Notes: generated by a model from the sequence alone, not told the origin. 48,400 bases of DNA from Octopus bimaculoides (GCF_001194135.2 NC_068987.1:284146-332545); one strand, 5' to 3'; counted from the stretch's first letter, positions 23,718 to 37,290 are shown. Made by a program: numbers and translations.

Positions 23718-24999
23718 TAACAACAATATTAATGATAATCTTTTCTTTTATTGTTATTTGATGAATTGACCGTCGAGGGGCAGGTTTCCAGAAATGGAGG
23801 GGGGAAAGATGTTTACATTGAAATCCAATGAAATGAAATATAAAGAGATGGCAAAGTGTAAAATATGTGGGACTTTGTTGAAAGGGCGGACCTTCATACA
23901 GGCTGCTCCACCTCCACCTCCACACATCATGTACGACTGTGTTTCACAAGGGTGAATGTTTTTTTCCCCCCCGACTGCATTCCCCATTCTACAAGTATAA
24001 ATTATGAGCTGCACCTTACACTCGGCGGCACTCGGGCGTCATTCACCTTCCAATAAATCGATTCGAAAGCCGCGCCTCACGAGAGGCGCTTTAAAGCGTC
24101 GAAGGAAGTCTGACCGAAAAGCTAAGTGTTTATTCTGAATGCAGTCAGTCGTGACCATAACACAAGTTCTTTCATCGCAGTGACTCGTGAGAGGAAAAAC
24201 TGGTTGCCCTTCCCGGCCAAATTACTGATTCAAGCACCACTTGAAGAGGAGGGTCACGGGCCACAAAGAAATGATTGTTCTCCAAAAAATTACTGAAAGG
24301 TTCTTCTTGCTGTTGTCGTTGTTTAACCCCTGGTTAGCTCTTTTTGAGATGATCCATAATCAAAGGCGTTCCAGCTTTGATTAATTGGCCTTTTTAGGAT
24401 ATTTTACGACCATATTGTATAATGGTAATACAACCTTTCCTTTAAGACAGTAGACGTATGATTTGAGGGAATTTTGTTATTATTTCTAGCAGGTCTAACA
24501 ACTACATAGAAAGCCACAGCCTTGTTCTGGAGGGGATATAAACCACTGGACAGGATTTGACTTGGTACTCGAAAACTTCCTGCTTTGTCCAGCCAAAGGA
24601 AGATGATGAGGTGACCTTCCCTATAGATTTTGTTTGTAACCAATTGAGCCACACACATCACGACCAATGTCGACAAAACTCTACAGACGTATATTGAGAA
24701 CGGAACCGTCTGTCCAGCGTCGTGTCCCTTTCAGAAAATTGAGCCAATGAAGAAACCTCCACATAGTCGATCGATTTACTTAGAAATGGGAACAAAACTC
24801 CCTCATATCACACGCGCACTGCCTTAAAAGAAAGGATACCAAAATTTCTCTGAAAAAAGATAGGGTGATTGAAGCTGGAACGTCATTGAACACAGGTCCC
24901 CTAAACTAGAGTTGACCAAGGCCTAAAAACGACAACAGTTTCTCAGTATATTTACTAAAGTACAGAACTTCTTTCGCCGCCACCTTGTTAACTGGTGAC

Positions 25000-25280
25000 T
25001 GAAATAGTTGATGAGGGCGTGGCTGTAGAAATTGATGGGGGCGTGGCCATAGAAGTTGATGAGGGCATGGCCGTATGAATTAAGTAGGTCGTGGCTGTAG
25101 AAGTTGTTCAGGCCGTAACCGTAGAAGTTGGTAAGAGCGTGACCGTAGAAGGCGATGAAGGCGTGGCCATAAGTTAATTAAGGCATGACCGTAAGTTGAT
25201 TATGGTACGGTCGTAGAAATGTGGCGTAACTGTAAGTTGCTGAGGGCGTGTTTGTAAAAGTAGTTGTGGGCATGGCCATA
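25000..25280 (+). repeat. Degenerate 24-bp minisatellite (~12 units)
   Basis: Unit consensus approximately GAAGTTGATGAGGGCGTGGCCGTA; some units are shortened to 19-22 bp. Confidence 0.85.
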
Positions 25281-26199
25281 AAAGAAAACACGTGTCCACA
25301 TTTTTTTAGTCTTGTCCACTATTTTACCTTCGCCATGGCCACCACCCAAATTGCTTGTCTATTGCAAAGGGAGGCTGATAGAGTGGTGTTCATTGTGGAC
25401 TTTGTTGAGAGTCAGAACCGTTTTAGAGTGACAACAAATAGCAGCTCCACCCACCATCACAGCAATCACAACTACCACCACAACTGCCGCAGCCACCATT
25501 ACAACCACAATACATATACACAACTCGATATATACACTCGCCTGTATACGAGCAACACACACACTTATGTACATTGCCACTGCTTTACTATAGTTCTAGG
25601 GTTAGATTTAACTACTGAGATTGCTGGCCACGCTGGAGCACCAATGTGTGTGTGTAGGGATTCATTGAGTTGCTGAAGTATATTACTGGTTATACGGAAG
25701 GTGAATGGGTCAGTCCCTGTTTTTAGGCCATGCTGGTATCCCAATCTCATCCATACACTATGCCATGTGTGTATCTGGTATTTCAACATGTGTCTGTGCA
25801 GATGTTTGTTTGTGATAATGTGTGTGGTTAATGACCTAATCAATTAGTGTAGCAATGTCACAGTAAAGATGAAATCTTCGAGACACGAGTGAGATATCGA
25901 TCCGAGAATCGATGTCGAAAAACATTCAGCTGCAAGTGTTGTTATGCTTCTGGTTTCTTTCACTTCTAAATTTCAGACCGTCATTTTAGTATAACGGTAG
26001 TTTTTGTATTGCGTCCTATTTGCGATGTTTGACAGATGACATCAATTTCCTGTTCTTCTGGAAACAATAACCTCACAGAACACAAGAGTTCAAAAAGTGG
26101 TTCGACTAACCAAGCAATGCCTTGCTCTACTAAGAAGAAGTCGTGTTAGAATTCTGTTGGCTGAGATAATTCCAAGCGTGGCCTTTACGAAGTTGGTTC

Positions 26200-26500
26200 T
26201 ATAAGCAAAAACAGAGGCCCATCAATCGAATGTATGAAGCTCTAGCATCAGTTTTGAGAGGATGCGATCAGATGCCAAGGTACAAGTTATTTTGTCTTGA
26301 GGTCAACTGCATTAATGGCAGAGAAGTTCTTAATTTCAATATGTCCTTTTTGTAGAAATTTATTGATAAAGTATTTACAGGTAGAAGTCCTGGTACACCA
26401 TATCTTCTCAGTACCTTGTACAAACAGGTACAGAGAGGACATGTACAGGTGAGCGAGTACCAGTTCTTGTATTTCAGTAGCAACATAGTTCTAATGAGCT
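26200..26500 (-). mobile_element. Possible RTE RT remnant
   Basis: Only LYKVLRRYGVP resembles the RTE L.K.L..YG.P motif; the rest is too decayed. Confidence 0.3.
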
Positions 26501-26904
26501 GCACAAATAGATTTTGGGATTTTTTATAACGTACTATAGTTTTATAAAATGACGTTCGTATTTCATGAAGTACTTAGCTTTTAATAAAGTTCTTTTGTTT
26601 ATTGAAAAGAGTACTTCTGTATATTTTAAAAACTAATCTCGTGTGACTTATAAGGAATTCCTGAACATTAGAGTACAGCTGTATATTTCATACGGCACAG
26701 TTGTGTGCTTTATAAAGTACACTTAGGCATTTATGAAGTACTGTTGTATTTTTATTTATAAATAAATTTATTCAGTTAAAAAATCCTGACATTTTGTTTT
26801 AAAATATAAAAAATAAATATAACATATTTTATAAACTTTTGTTTATATCGATAGACGGATAGAAAGATGGATTGATAAATAGGAGGGATGGATACACAGA
26901 CACA

Positions 26905-26949
<45 letters not shown>

Positions 26950-27079
26950 ACAACACAGACAACACACAGACACATGACGTACACACACACATATAAAGAA
27001 ATAGATAGATAGGTAGATAAATAGCCAGATAGATACATAGAAAAACAAACACAAAGACACAATGGTAGATAAATAATGG

Positions 27080-27110
<31 letters not shown>

Positions 27111-27226
27111 ACGAGAGAGAGCGAGAAAGAGAGAGTGAGAGAAAGAGAGAGAGGGAGGGAGATAATACATAAATAAATGGATAAATAGATAAATAAATAC
27201 ACACACACACACACACACATACACAT

Positions 27227-27264
<38 letters not shown>

Positions 27265-27332
27265 GCGGACATATTCCAGGAAGATAACTAGCTAGATAGA
27301 TACATAGACAGTCAGGCAGACAGGTGGATACC

Positions 27333-27434
<102 letters not shown>

Positions 27435-27584
27435 AACTCGATCGCTTGTTAGAGAAGTCATTCAAAATGATTTTTGTACCATGGTCCCTTGTTTCAGAAA
27501 ACAACAAAAGGTGTAAAAATCAGATGAAAAATAAAAGAAAACAAGAACGTAGACCCGGTAAGGGATCATGGGCCAGCTGCTTAC

Positions 27585-27957
27585 CTTTGTAATCGGATGG
27601 TATCAATAAAGGGTTATCAACCTCCTCGTATGACTTTTTGAGTGTGTCGACCCGAAGGCTGCGGGCGAGAACCTTACGTTCGTGTCTTTTACTGAACAGC
27701 AAGAGTGGCTGAGAAATGTCGAAATTGTTGCTCTGAGCTCGGACAGTCTCCATACAACACCTGACCACTACAGGTAGGTCAAACTTGGACAAAATGTGCG
27801 GTAAGTTATAGGTTTGCGGTAACCACGAGATATTAGGGTATTCCACCTCGGGTATACCCGTGTCATACATGTCAATAGACTCCGTCTTGATTTGATGCGA
27901 CGATTTTCTAGTCCTGTCAGGGCTTCCTTTGAAGTGAAGGTCTGTGGATCGCCTCAT
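27585..27957 (-). CDS. GAREM: GAREM-like adaptor, upstream coding exon (N-terminal part of the CABIT domain)
   Basis: Reads MRRSTDLHF...ISWLPQTYNLPHILSKFDLPVVVRCC...FDISQPLLLFSKRHERKVLARSL...PLLIPSDYK-G, matching the CABIT start (W..L..L...F.LP.VV; IP..Y.G.F). Ends at a canonical donor AAA G|GTAAGC (GT at 27584-27583). The first in-frame ATG is at 27957; the ORF track starts at a GTG at 27969. The frame is open further upstream, so the true start or an upstream exon is uncertain. Confidence 0.85.
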
Positions 27958-29882
27958 CTTGTATCGCACATGGGATGATTGGGGTACTGTTGAAGTTGGG
28001 GTGGATGAAAGCCTCGGGTGGGCAGACAGATGAGTGTGCGGATAAGAGGATGGGGTGACGAACAGCCAAATCCCTAATGTGTACGTGGGGGTGGGAAGGA
28101 GATAAACAGATGGCTGAGCACCAGATTAGGTGAGCGGACAAGTTAGGAATGAATTGTTGCGATAATGGTGATGAGACTTTAAATGCTACCCGCAATAATC
28201 CTTCAGGCTACCCAGAGTTTATATCCAAGGCTTTACCAGATGACGACGTGTAACCAATTGTAAAGAACGTCGCTCTGTAATTGTGACATATTCTTAAGTT
28301 TAGTGGTCCGTGGTGGCCAGGATGTCCGGGTGGTGGTGGTGGTGGTTAATTTTAGTATTAATTTCCCAGAATTGCACTCAATACATCCTCTGTCGTCAAT
28401 GTTGTTGTTGATAGCATGGAAGGTTTCAATTTTACTGTGACAGTATTCATGTTTTATATGTGTGAAATATTGTGTATGTATAATGTTATATAAACGCGTA
28501 TAATATGTAATTATATATATATATATATATATATATNNNNNNNNNNNNNNNNNNNNNNNNNNNNNNNNNNNNNNNNNNNNNNNNNNNNNNNNNNNNNNNN
28601 NNNNNNNNNNNNNNNNNNNNNNNNNNNNNNNNNNNNNNNNNNNNNNNNNNNNNNNNNNNNNNNNNNNNNNNNNNNNNNNNNNNNNNNNNNNNNNNNNNNN
28701 NNNNNNNNNNNNNNNNNNNNNNNNNNNNNNNNNNNNNNNNNNNNNNNNNNNNNNNNNNNNNNNNNNNNNNNNNNNNNNNNNNNNNNNNNNNNNNNNNNNN
28801 NNNNNNNNNNNNNNNNNNNNNNNNNNNNNNNNNNNNNNNNNNNNNNNNNNNNNNNNNNNNNNNNNNNNNNNNNNNNNNNNNNNNNNNNNNNNNNNNNNNN
28901 NNNNNNNNNNNNNNNNNNNNNNNNNNNNNNNNNNNNNNNNNNNNNNNNNNNNNNNNNNNNNNNNNNNNNNNNNNNNNNNNNNNNNNNNNNNNNNNNNNNN
29001 NNNNNNNNNNNNNNNNNNNNNNNNNNNNNNNNNNNNNNNNNNNNNNNNNNNNNNNNNNNNNNNNNNNNNNNNNNNNNNNNNNNNNNNNNNNNNNNNNNNN
29101 NNNNNNNNNNNNNNNNNNNNNNNNNNNNNNNNNNNNNNNNNNNNNNNNNNNNNNNNNNNNNNNNNNNNNNNNNNNNNNNNNNNNNNNNNNNNNNNNNNNN
29201 NNNNNNNNNNNNNNNNNNNNNNNNNNNNNNNNNNNNNNNNNNNNNNNNNNNNNNNNNNNNNNNNNNNNNNNNNNNNNNACACGCACACTCACACACATAC
29301 ACAAGGACGTGTTCCCTTCACTTTCTCCTGTTCCTTGCAATTCCCCCTCCCGATTTAGTCACCTCCTACTCTTCCTCCTGTGTCTACTCCTCTACTAACT
29401 CCTCCTTCCACTCTTACACAACTTCTGTCTTTCTCTTCCCCTCCCACTTATATCACTTCCTGTTCCTATTTCGCTTCGACATCCATGAATCTTGCAGCTC
29501 GACTGTGACTGGTTTACTCTACTATGTGTTGTGATAGAGGCGGCGGGGTGGTGGTTGTGGTGGTGTTGGTGTAGTGGAGGCGGACTGATGGAGGAGGTTA
29601 TGATGACGATGCTATTGTTGTTGTTTGTGGTGGTGGTGTAGTAATGTGTTTAAATATTCAACTTGTTTTCATCTTTTAATGAATTGCAGTGTAGCCGTGA
29701 TTTTGAGAGGGTGATTTGGCTGTTATTTCTAGTGTGTCTATCGAATCCGTACGGGTTCCTTATTAACTCGCTGGCAAGTGTTGGTGGATGGTATGTTGTT
29801 AACAGTATAAGATAGTTTAGAAAAGGGGGGGGGCTGGAGGAGGGCGAACAAAGACGTCACCTCTTCACAGTAGATGAACAAT

Positions 29883-29974
<92 letters not shown>

Positions 29975-30367
29975 TAAGAAAACCCCCTAAAACTCAGAAA
30001 TTTTCCAAATTGACAAACGTTTGAACAACCGACTCATGATATGCACCGGTTCAGATTAATTATTACAAAAATAAATAAAAAAGCATAAAATATTGGCTAC
30101 ATGGGAGACATTATTAACACCGACCTAACTTTATTAATGCCACACAAACAGTGGTGGGGAATGTGGCAGGTCTCGTGGGTATGCATACGTGTGTGTGTGT
30201 GAGTGCGAGTGTGCGTGCGTGTGTGTGTGTGGGGGAGACTGGCGATTTTGAGTGTTTCAGTTATATATTAAATGTTGCACAACATTTATATGTTGAGTTG
30301 TATAATTAATAACATATCCTAGTAAGTAACCAGGAATTGATACACGCACACACGTGTGGGTGTGTGG

Positions 30368-30403
<36 letters not shown>

Positions 30404-30429
30404 TTAGAAAATCTCTATAAGAGATGAAA

Positions 30430-31430
30430 GTAGTAACCATACCGAGAAGTAATGTTTATCGCCACATCAATATGGTTGTTCAACAGGAACCAGAATTACT
30501 ACTGTTTTTAACCCCAGGTGGAGCCTCGTCCAGTTGGTTATCAATGCAATCCGCATCCGTTGTTGGTCATCTTGCTCATCTTCAGTCCATCTTAGTTTTT
30601 ATTCTTGTTTTCAGGAGACTTCTCTTCTCCATCTCAGCTGGAATATTAACCCAACCATTCTTTACCTATAATATTACAAGAGACAAATATGGTTTCTTGA
30701 GGTTGTCATTTTTGGCCAGTGTCTTTTCACCTGAAGATAACCACCTCACCTATACCAGATGTATTTTGTCCGTCAGTAATCTATTGTCATAGCCACGTAT
30801 AGAGGTGAGGCCAACAGGTACCATACGTTGGATAAATTTTCTATCATGTGGACATTGAACAAATCCTAAACTCGGGGAGATTTCATTTCCCGAGGATCCT
30901 TGATCTCTTATTCTACATTTGGCTTAACCACAGCATGCTGCCATTTTCATCCATCCAGCCTCTGTGATGACATTAAACCAGGTGACATTACTCTCCCTTG
31001 GCTAACTCTTTCCTCTCAAACATTCACCGCTCACTTACTCAAACATCGCGTGTTGCTCACATGAATAGTCTTCAACTTCTGATGCCAACAGTACCGTTTC
31101 CAAGGCGACAAAACATCATAAAGTTTTCATCCATATTACCTGATCAACTTGACCAAAGTCCTTAAGGTTCCAATATGATACATTTTCGTCTATGGTTAGT
31201 TTTACTCGTAACATTCTTTGTGTAGAATTGGGGAGATGAAGAGATCATTGATGCACAGATTTTGAGTTTGTGGGACTGGCTTTCCTCGTTCTGTAATCAA
31301 ATAAGAACATTTCTTTTGGCCAAATTCCATGCCTTTATCACCTGAAAATGTTGTTATTAATTCCAGTTGTTTTTTGGCATTGTTAACACTTTTAGCATCA
31401 ACCTTCAGGTCGTATACAAAGAAATTATGA
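30430..31430 (-). mobile_element. R4/Dong-like RT fragment
   Basis: HNFFVYDLK (FVDDLK catalytic motif, decayed)...AKKQLELITTFSGDKGMEFGQKKCSYLITERGK...DENVSY; further downstream GLTSIRGYDNRL. Confidence 0.75.
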
Positions 31431-31520
31431 GTTATATTGATATTTCTAGCAGTTGAAGATCCTATATCTGTCTGTCTGTCTGTCTGTATGTGCGTCTGTC
31501 TGTGTGTCTGTCTGTCTGTC

Positions 31521-31644
31521 TGTATGTCATTATTCAGTTTTGTTTCAAGATTTCTTGCCAATAAAGAAAGAGCCGGTTTCTAACCTCGAACTAAGATTCC
31601 TTCATTGGAATTTCAACATCAACAACAGGGTATTTTTGTATGTA
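31521..31644 (+). repeat. ~125-bp interspersed repeat ending in a (TATG)n-type tail; second copy inverted at 41390-41514
   Basis: GTCATTATTCAG…AAAGAGCCGGTTTCTAACC…TTCATTGGAA(T/C)TTCAACATCAACAACA..GTATTTTTGTATG is shared by both copies. Both sit within tetranucleotide microsatellites. Confidence 0.8.
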
Positions 31645-31927
31645 TACGTGCAGATTTGTATATTTTGTTTTATGTATGTCTTCTCATACATATAGTTACA
31701 TATCTAGACATTCATATATATATATAATTGATAAACTTCTGGGAAATTTTACAGATTTTTACAGTTCCAGTGATGGATTGGATCTGTAGTCGTCGAATCA
31801 GTATTCTTTCTGGTTTTGAAAAGGCTAATTTCTCGAGATTGGTATTTAGGCAGTGTGTGTGTTTGTGTGTGTATAAATATATATATATACATATATATTT
31901 ATATATGTATGTATATGCATGTATGTA

Positions 31928-32013
<86 letters not shown>

Positions 32014-33039
32014 AATATATATCTTCANNNNNNNNNNNNNNNNNNNNNNNNNNNNNNNNNNNNNNNNNNNNNNNNNNNNNNNNNNNNNNNNNNNNNNNNN
32101 NNNNNNNNNNNNNNNNNNNNNNNNNNNNNNNNNNNNNNNNNNNNNNNNNNNNNNNNNNNNNNNNNNNNNNNNNNNNNNNNNNNNNNNNNNNNNNNNNNNN
32201 NNNNNNTATATATATATGTGCGTGTTTGTGGAATATATATATGTATATGGATGTATACACCTACGCACACACACGCACACACACGCACACACACACATAC
32301 ACATACACACACACACACATATGTATACTTATTTGAAGTGATGAAAGAAAAAGTGGGAAAAGGGCCCAGAGTGAAAGTGCTACACCATTAGATTATCAAT
32401 TACGGAAGCAGCCGACACTTTAAAATGACAGTTAAACGATTCATGAGGAAAATAGCGATTAAACCATCTCCGCCTCACCTCTCCGGAATATCATCATTTT
32501 TTTGGTTCAGTTTTCAGTGAAATTTAGCTTGGGAAATAAACAGAACAGGATCCACACCATAAAGTGCATCGAGAGATAATAATTTTTCTATATTTAAACG
32601 CTGAGAAAATAATAGCAACATTTTTTTAAACGTGTGTATAAAACACATGTCAGTCATTATGAAAGGATTGTATTTATGAAGAATGGTTATATTGTACAGC
32701 ACAAACAAGAACACGTTCAAAACTTACACACACAAGTGTGTGTGTATGTGTATGGAGGGCGTGATGCGTATATACTCTTTATTTTGATTTTACTCTCTGT
32801 AATTGCATTGCGGCCATACTGGAGCTTGGAAGATGGAAAATAATCTATTTTCTCATGTTTTATGCTCTGTGAATCGGACTTTTGATTTATATAAAATTAA
32901 AGAATTGTTCAACATCTTAGGAATTAACAGTGCTATTTACAATATATCAGATCAGAATATTTTAATTCTTTCAATATAGACATACTATACATATGTATGT
33001 ATATACATACATACATACATACATACATGTATATATATA

Positions 33040-33971
33040 NNNNNNNNNNNNNNNNNNNNNNNNNNNNNNNNNNNNNNNNNNNNNNNNNNNNNNNNNNNNN
33101 NNNNNNNNNNNNNNNNNNNNNNNNNNNNNNNNNNNNNNNNNNNNNNNNNNNNNNNNNNNNNNNNNNNNNNNNNNNNNNNNNNNNNNNNNNNNNNNNNNNN
33201 NNNNNNNNNNNNNNNNNNNNNNNNNNNNNNNNNNNNNNNNNNNNNNNNNNNNNNNNNNNNNNNNNNNNNNNNNNNNNNNNNNNNNNNNNNNNNNNNNNNN
33301 NNNNNNNNNNNNNNNNNNNNNNNNNNNNNNNNNNNNNNNNNNNNNNNNNNNNNNNNNNNNNNNNNNNNNNNNNNNNNNNNNNNNNNNNNNNNNNNNNNNN
33401 NNNNNNNNNNNNNNNNNNNNNNNNNNNNNNNNNNNNNNNNNNNNNNNNNNNNNNNNNNNNNNNNNNNNNNNNNNNNNNNNNNNNNNNNNNNNNNNNNNNN
33501 NNNNNNNNNNNNNNNNNNNNNNNNNNNNNNNNNNNNNNNNNNNNNNNNNNNNNNNNNNNNNNNNNNNNNNNNNNNNNNNNNNNNNNNNNNNNNNNNNNNN
33601 NNNNNNNNNNNNNNNNNNNNNNNNNNNNNNNNNNNNNNNNNNNNNNNNNNNNNNNNNNNNNNNNNNNNNNNNNNNNNNNNNNNNNNNNNNNNNNNNNNNN
33701 NNNNNNNNNNNNNNNNNNNNNNNNNNNNNNNNNNNNNNNNNNNNNNNNNNNNNNNNNNNNNNNNNNNNNNNNNNNNNNNNNNNNNNNNNNNNNNNNNNNN
33801 NNNNNNNNNNNNNNNNNNNNNNNNNNNNNNNNNNNNNNNNNNNNNNNNNNNNNNNNNNNNNNNNNNNNNNNNNNNNNNNNNNNNNNNNNNNNNNNNNNNN
33901 NNNNNNNNNNNNNNNNNNNNNNNNNNNNNNNNNNNNNNNNNNNNNNNNNNNNNNNNNNNNNNNNNNNNNNN
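33040..33971. other. Assembly gap (largest of 11 N-runs)
   Basis: Other N-runs: 4103-4176, 8026-8380, 10993-11743, 13947-14354, 16665-16694, 21435-21449, 28537-29278, 32028-32206, 38652-38818 and 46345-46654. Nearly all are flanked by microsatellites. Confidence 0.98.
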
Positions 33972-34036
<65 letters not shown>

Positions 34037-34037
<1 letters not shown>

Positions 34038-34545
34038 GCAAACAAGCTGATGTGGACCAGAAACACACGCATCAATGGTTACGAAGCTCAGGGCTAAAAG
34101 CAGAGAGTGAAGGTTTCATATTGGCTGCTCAAGACCAAAGTTTATTAACCCGGAACTACCAGGCCAATGTGATAAAAATGGAGCTGACCCAGAATGACGA
34201 TTCTGTAACGATGCGATTGAAACTGTAGACCACCTAATTTCAAGGTGTAGAGTGTTAGCACCTGTAGAATATAAAGCAAGACATGGCAGAGTCGGCCAGT
34301 ATTTACACTGGACAATATGTCGGCATTATAAAATCAAAACTGCTGACAAATGGTATAAACACCATCCTGAAGCTGTGACTGAGGGAGAAAATGTGTCGAT
34401 TCTCTGGGACTTCCCCGTACATACCGACAAGACTATAAAAGCTAATAAACCGGATATTATTATAAAAGATCAGACAAAGAAGATGTGTTTATTAATTGAC
34501 ATGAGTATTCCCTGTGATCACAATATAGCGGCGAAAGAATTTGAC
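34037..34545 (+). mobile_element. R4/Dong-like non-LTR fragment directly abutting a long (AAT)n tract
   Basis: HQWLRSSGLKAESEGFILAAQDQSLLTRNY; ETVDHLISRC..LAPVEYKARHGRVGQYLHW; WYKHHP..ILWDFPVHTDKTIKANKPDIIIKD..CLLIDMSIP. Same family as 15900-16625. Confidence 0.92.
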
Positions 34546-35819
34546 AGTTTCCAATGGAGCACTTTGGCAACTTGGTCGGGTCGCCATAACTTGTAGTGTT
34601 TGTTGCTGCTGTTGTGGTTATTTTTGCTTTGTTTCAGAGTCGATCGAAGTCATTCTGTCCGTGACCGTCCCATTTCCATTCTGGTTAAGTGTATCTACGT
34701 CCACATTATCCATTGTCTCCTCTCTTTTTACGACAGTAAGAAATGATTTGACTACCATTTCAAGAAACCCCCTAGCGATTCCCACGTTGTTGTTGTTTCG
34801 CCCTGGCATAACCCTAGTTCAGCAAAACTATGATCAAAAATTTTCCAGCCATGACCTCTCCGTCTTTCAGGAGTCTTTAAGACAACATTCTTCAGTGTGT
34901 ATTTTGTTTAAGAGAGTCTGGGTGTGTTTTGAGGGAACTTTGACTATTATTTCTAGCAAGTGAAGCGACCGTTGCCTAGAAATTTGCTTAGTGGTTCGTC
35001 TGACCATGAAGATGTCGTAACCATGACAACATAACTGTGGTGACAGTGACTGTAGAAAGAGTGACAGTGGTTGTGGCTGACATTTACCGATGGCTGCGCA
35101 GCATCTCGTCTAACATCAAGTGGCCAAAGAAACCTCAATCACCGGAAGTGATGTCATCAGAGTGTCTTTAGACACAGACAAACTTACTGTTGTGATTGTT
35201 ATTTAGCCGAGGATTAATTCTGACAGAGCACACCGATGCTCAAAGACGTTCCGTTCTTGACCACTGAATTGACTAATATTGTTCAGCCTACTCTCCATTT
35301 TATAAATTGGATTTCTTATTTTATGATATTTTTTTTTTGTGAATTGAAGACGAGTTGGCTGCCATTTCTAGCAAGTAAGCCAAAGGACAACGAAGAAGCC
35401 CTCTGATACTTTTGTCAGAGCCATTTCCAGAAATGGCTCTGACGAAATTAAATTTTCTTAGGTCGTTCAATTTGCCTCAATTGATCAATAGATCAATTGA
35501 GTAAACCAGTCAGTAATGTACTTATAAAGACTACTGGAAACAGCTGTAAGCCAAATTTGCTCCAATAAAGGATTTATGTGTGACGACCGTTCTTTTTAAC
35601 TTGTCTCTTAAATATCACTCTGAATAAAAACCAGTTTATCTGAAGCCCATCCACGGATTTACAATATAGAACTGTGATGAACCATAGCTTGGGACCCTAC
35701 CAAAAGATTACTTCGAGTTCTTCACTAATCTGAGCAATTTTGTTAACCTTGGTGTACCATGAGAGAGCTTACGAAGTATTTTGTTCGGATTGATAAAATA
35801 CTTCATAAGTATTCAAAGT

Positions 35820-36160
35820 AGACCTCACACATGGTTTCAGCAAGACAGGGCAACGGCTCCTGCCGCAAAAGAGACAGTGCGCTTCGCTTGGCACAGCAGT
35901 GCTTTGGAGAGAGAATAATCTCCCGCTACGGCATTGCCGACTGGCCTTCACGCTCAGCCAGGCTTGACTAGACCGGGTTTTTTCTTGTGGGGAGACCTGA
36001 AAGAGAGGGTCTACGTCAACAAACCGGAGACCCTGGTGCAACTGAAAGAGAACATCATTAGAGAAATGAGAGAAGTGGGGTCTGAAGATCTTGAGAGTGT
36101 TGTGGTACAAGTTTTGGAAAAAGCGCAAGCGTGCTATATCATTTTTCATACGTGATGTTG
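35820..36160 (+). mobile_element. Tc1/mariner-superfamily transposase C-terminal remnant
   Basis: WFQQDRATA (WFQQDGA), decayed WP.RS.DL, FFLWGDLKERVYVNKPETLVQLKENI. Confidence 0.85.
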
Positions 36161-36210
36161 CAAACTTTGACTTGTGCGTATTAATTTCTATTATGTCCTT
36201 TATATTGTAT

Positions 36211-36258
<48 letters not shown>

Positions 36259-36505
36259 AGTCTATATTCGGCAAAAACCCGCTGTACTCCTTATTCAACA
36301 TTCAACAAGAACTCCTGGTGATCTACACTTTTAAGATAATGCACAAATTTAAACAAGTGCACCGTTTCAGGAACTCTAAGTACTTACCTCTTTGCATAAA
36401 TGGTGTGAAGGCATTTTGCAGAGTTACGTAGAAGCCAAGGAAAAGGACAAAGAGAATTAGGCTTATGCTGCATTGACATTTCCTCTCCTTTCTAGACGTA
36501 AGTAT

Positions 36506-36541
<36 letters not shown>

Positions 36542-36807
36542 TTAGATAGATAGATAAGTAGATAGGTTCAGGAGAGCTGCGTGGTTGTAGAAGTAGTAGA
36601 GCGTCGACCTAAATAGTTTCTGGTCTTCCATTATCATTCCATTCATATCTCGGATGATTTAAAAAAGATATTATATTTCCTTCGCTACTTGACTATAAGT
36701 CTGTGCAAACAATTTATTTTGAGCAAATTTTCTTCCTGTAACAAAAGTCTTTGTGACTCTAAATACTTTCACGAATGTAAACTCGAAATAACTATAATTA
36801 TTCAGTA

Positions 36808-36950
36808 AGTGAGGTTGCGTGGTCAAGCTATGTTCGTTTTGCGATCGTAAAGTCGTAGTTTCAACTTCTGCAGCGGTGACACGTTATGTGCTTAAGCAAA
36901 GCATTTCATGTCACGTGTATTGCTCAAAAATATAAGTTCTTGTGTAGCTC
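36808..36950 (+). mobile_element. Old tRNA/CORE-like SINE
   Basis: GGTTGCGTGGTCAAG head and TGTGCTTAAGCAAAGCATTT CORE-like segment. Confidence 0.45.
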
Positions 36951-37149
36951 TGACTCTCACTCCAGTTGTCACATCCTCGACGAATCAAAGAAACGAGGTC
37001 CAAATGATGTCCCTGTCTACTCAATTAACGAAAACATATTTCATATCACTACGTCCCATATGCGTTCGCAAGTGACCTCTAACTGTTCTGTATGTTAATT
37101 TCTACATTATTTTAGGCAATTATGTGCAATTTATTTTGTACGGCTGGTT

Positions 37150-37290
37150 ACAAAACCCGTCTACTTGATTGGTAATTTGTTGTTACGGATCCTGAAAGAA
37201 TGAAGGTTAAGATTTATCTCGTCAAGAGTTGAACTCAAACAAAATTTTCCAAGGCCTTTCATCCAGCACTTTACCGATTCTGCCAATCAG
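37150..37290 (-). mobile_element. SINE family A, old diverged copy
   Basis: On minus: TGGCAGAATCGGTAAAGTGCTGG...TGAGTTCAACTC...CCTTCATTCTTTCAGG. Confidence 0.55.

Noticed and set aside
25000-25280. 24-bp repeats as a CRISPR array
   Set aside because: The units are directly tandem and degenerate, with no unique spacers and no cas genes, in a eukaryotic intron.
27520-27584. C-terminal extension (KQLAHDPL...LFFI) of the 149-aa ORF
   Set aside because: It lies past a strong GTAAGC donor, where family similarity stops; it is intronic read-through.
28249-28260. TGTAACCAATTG repeated at 2555, 24635 and 28249 (CCAAT-box-like; the last copy is ~290 bp upstream of the ATG)
   Set aside because: The flanks are unrelated, three hits of an AT-rich 12-mer is only marginal, and the transcription start is unknown, so no promoter call is supportable.
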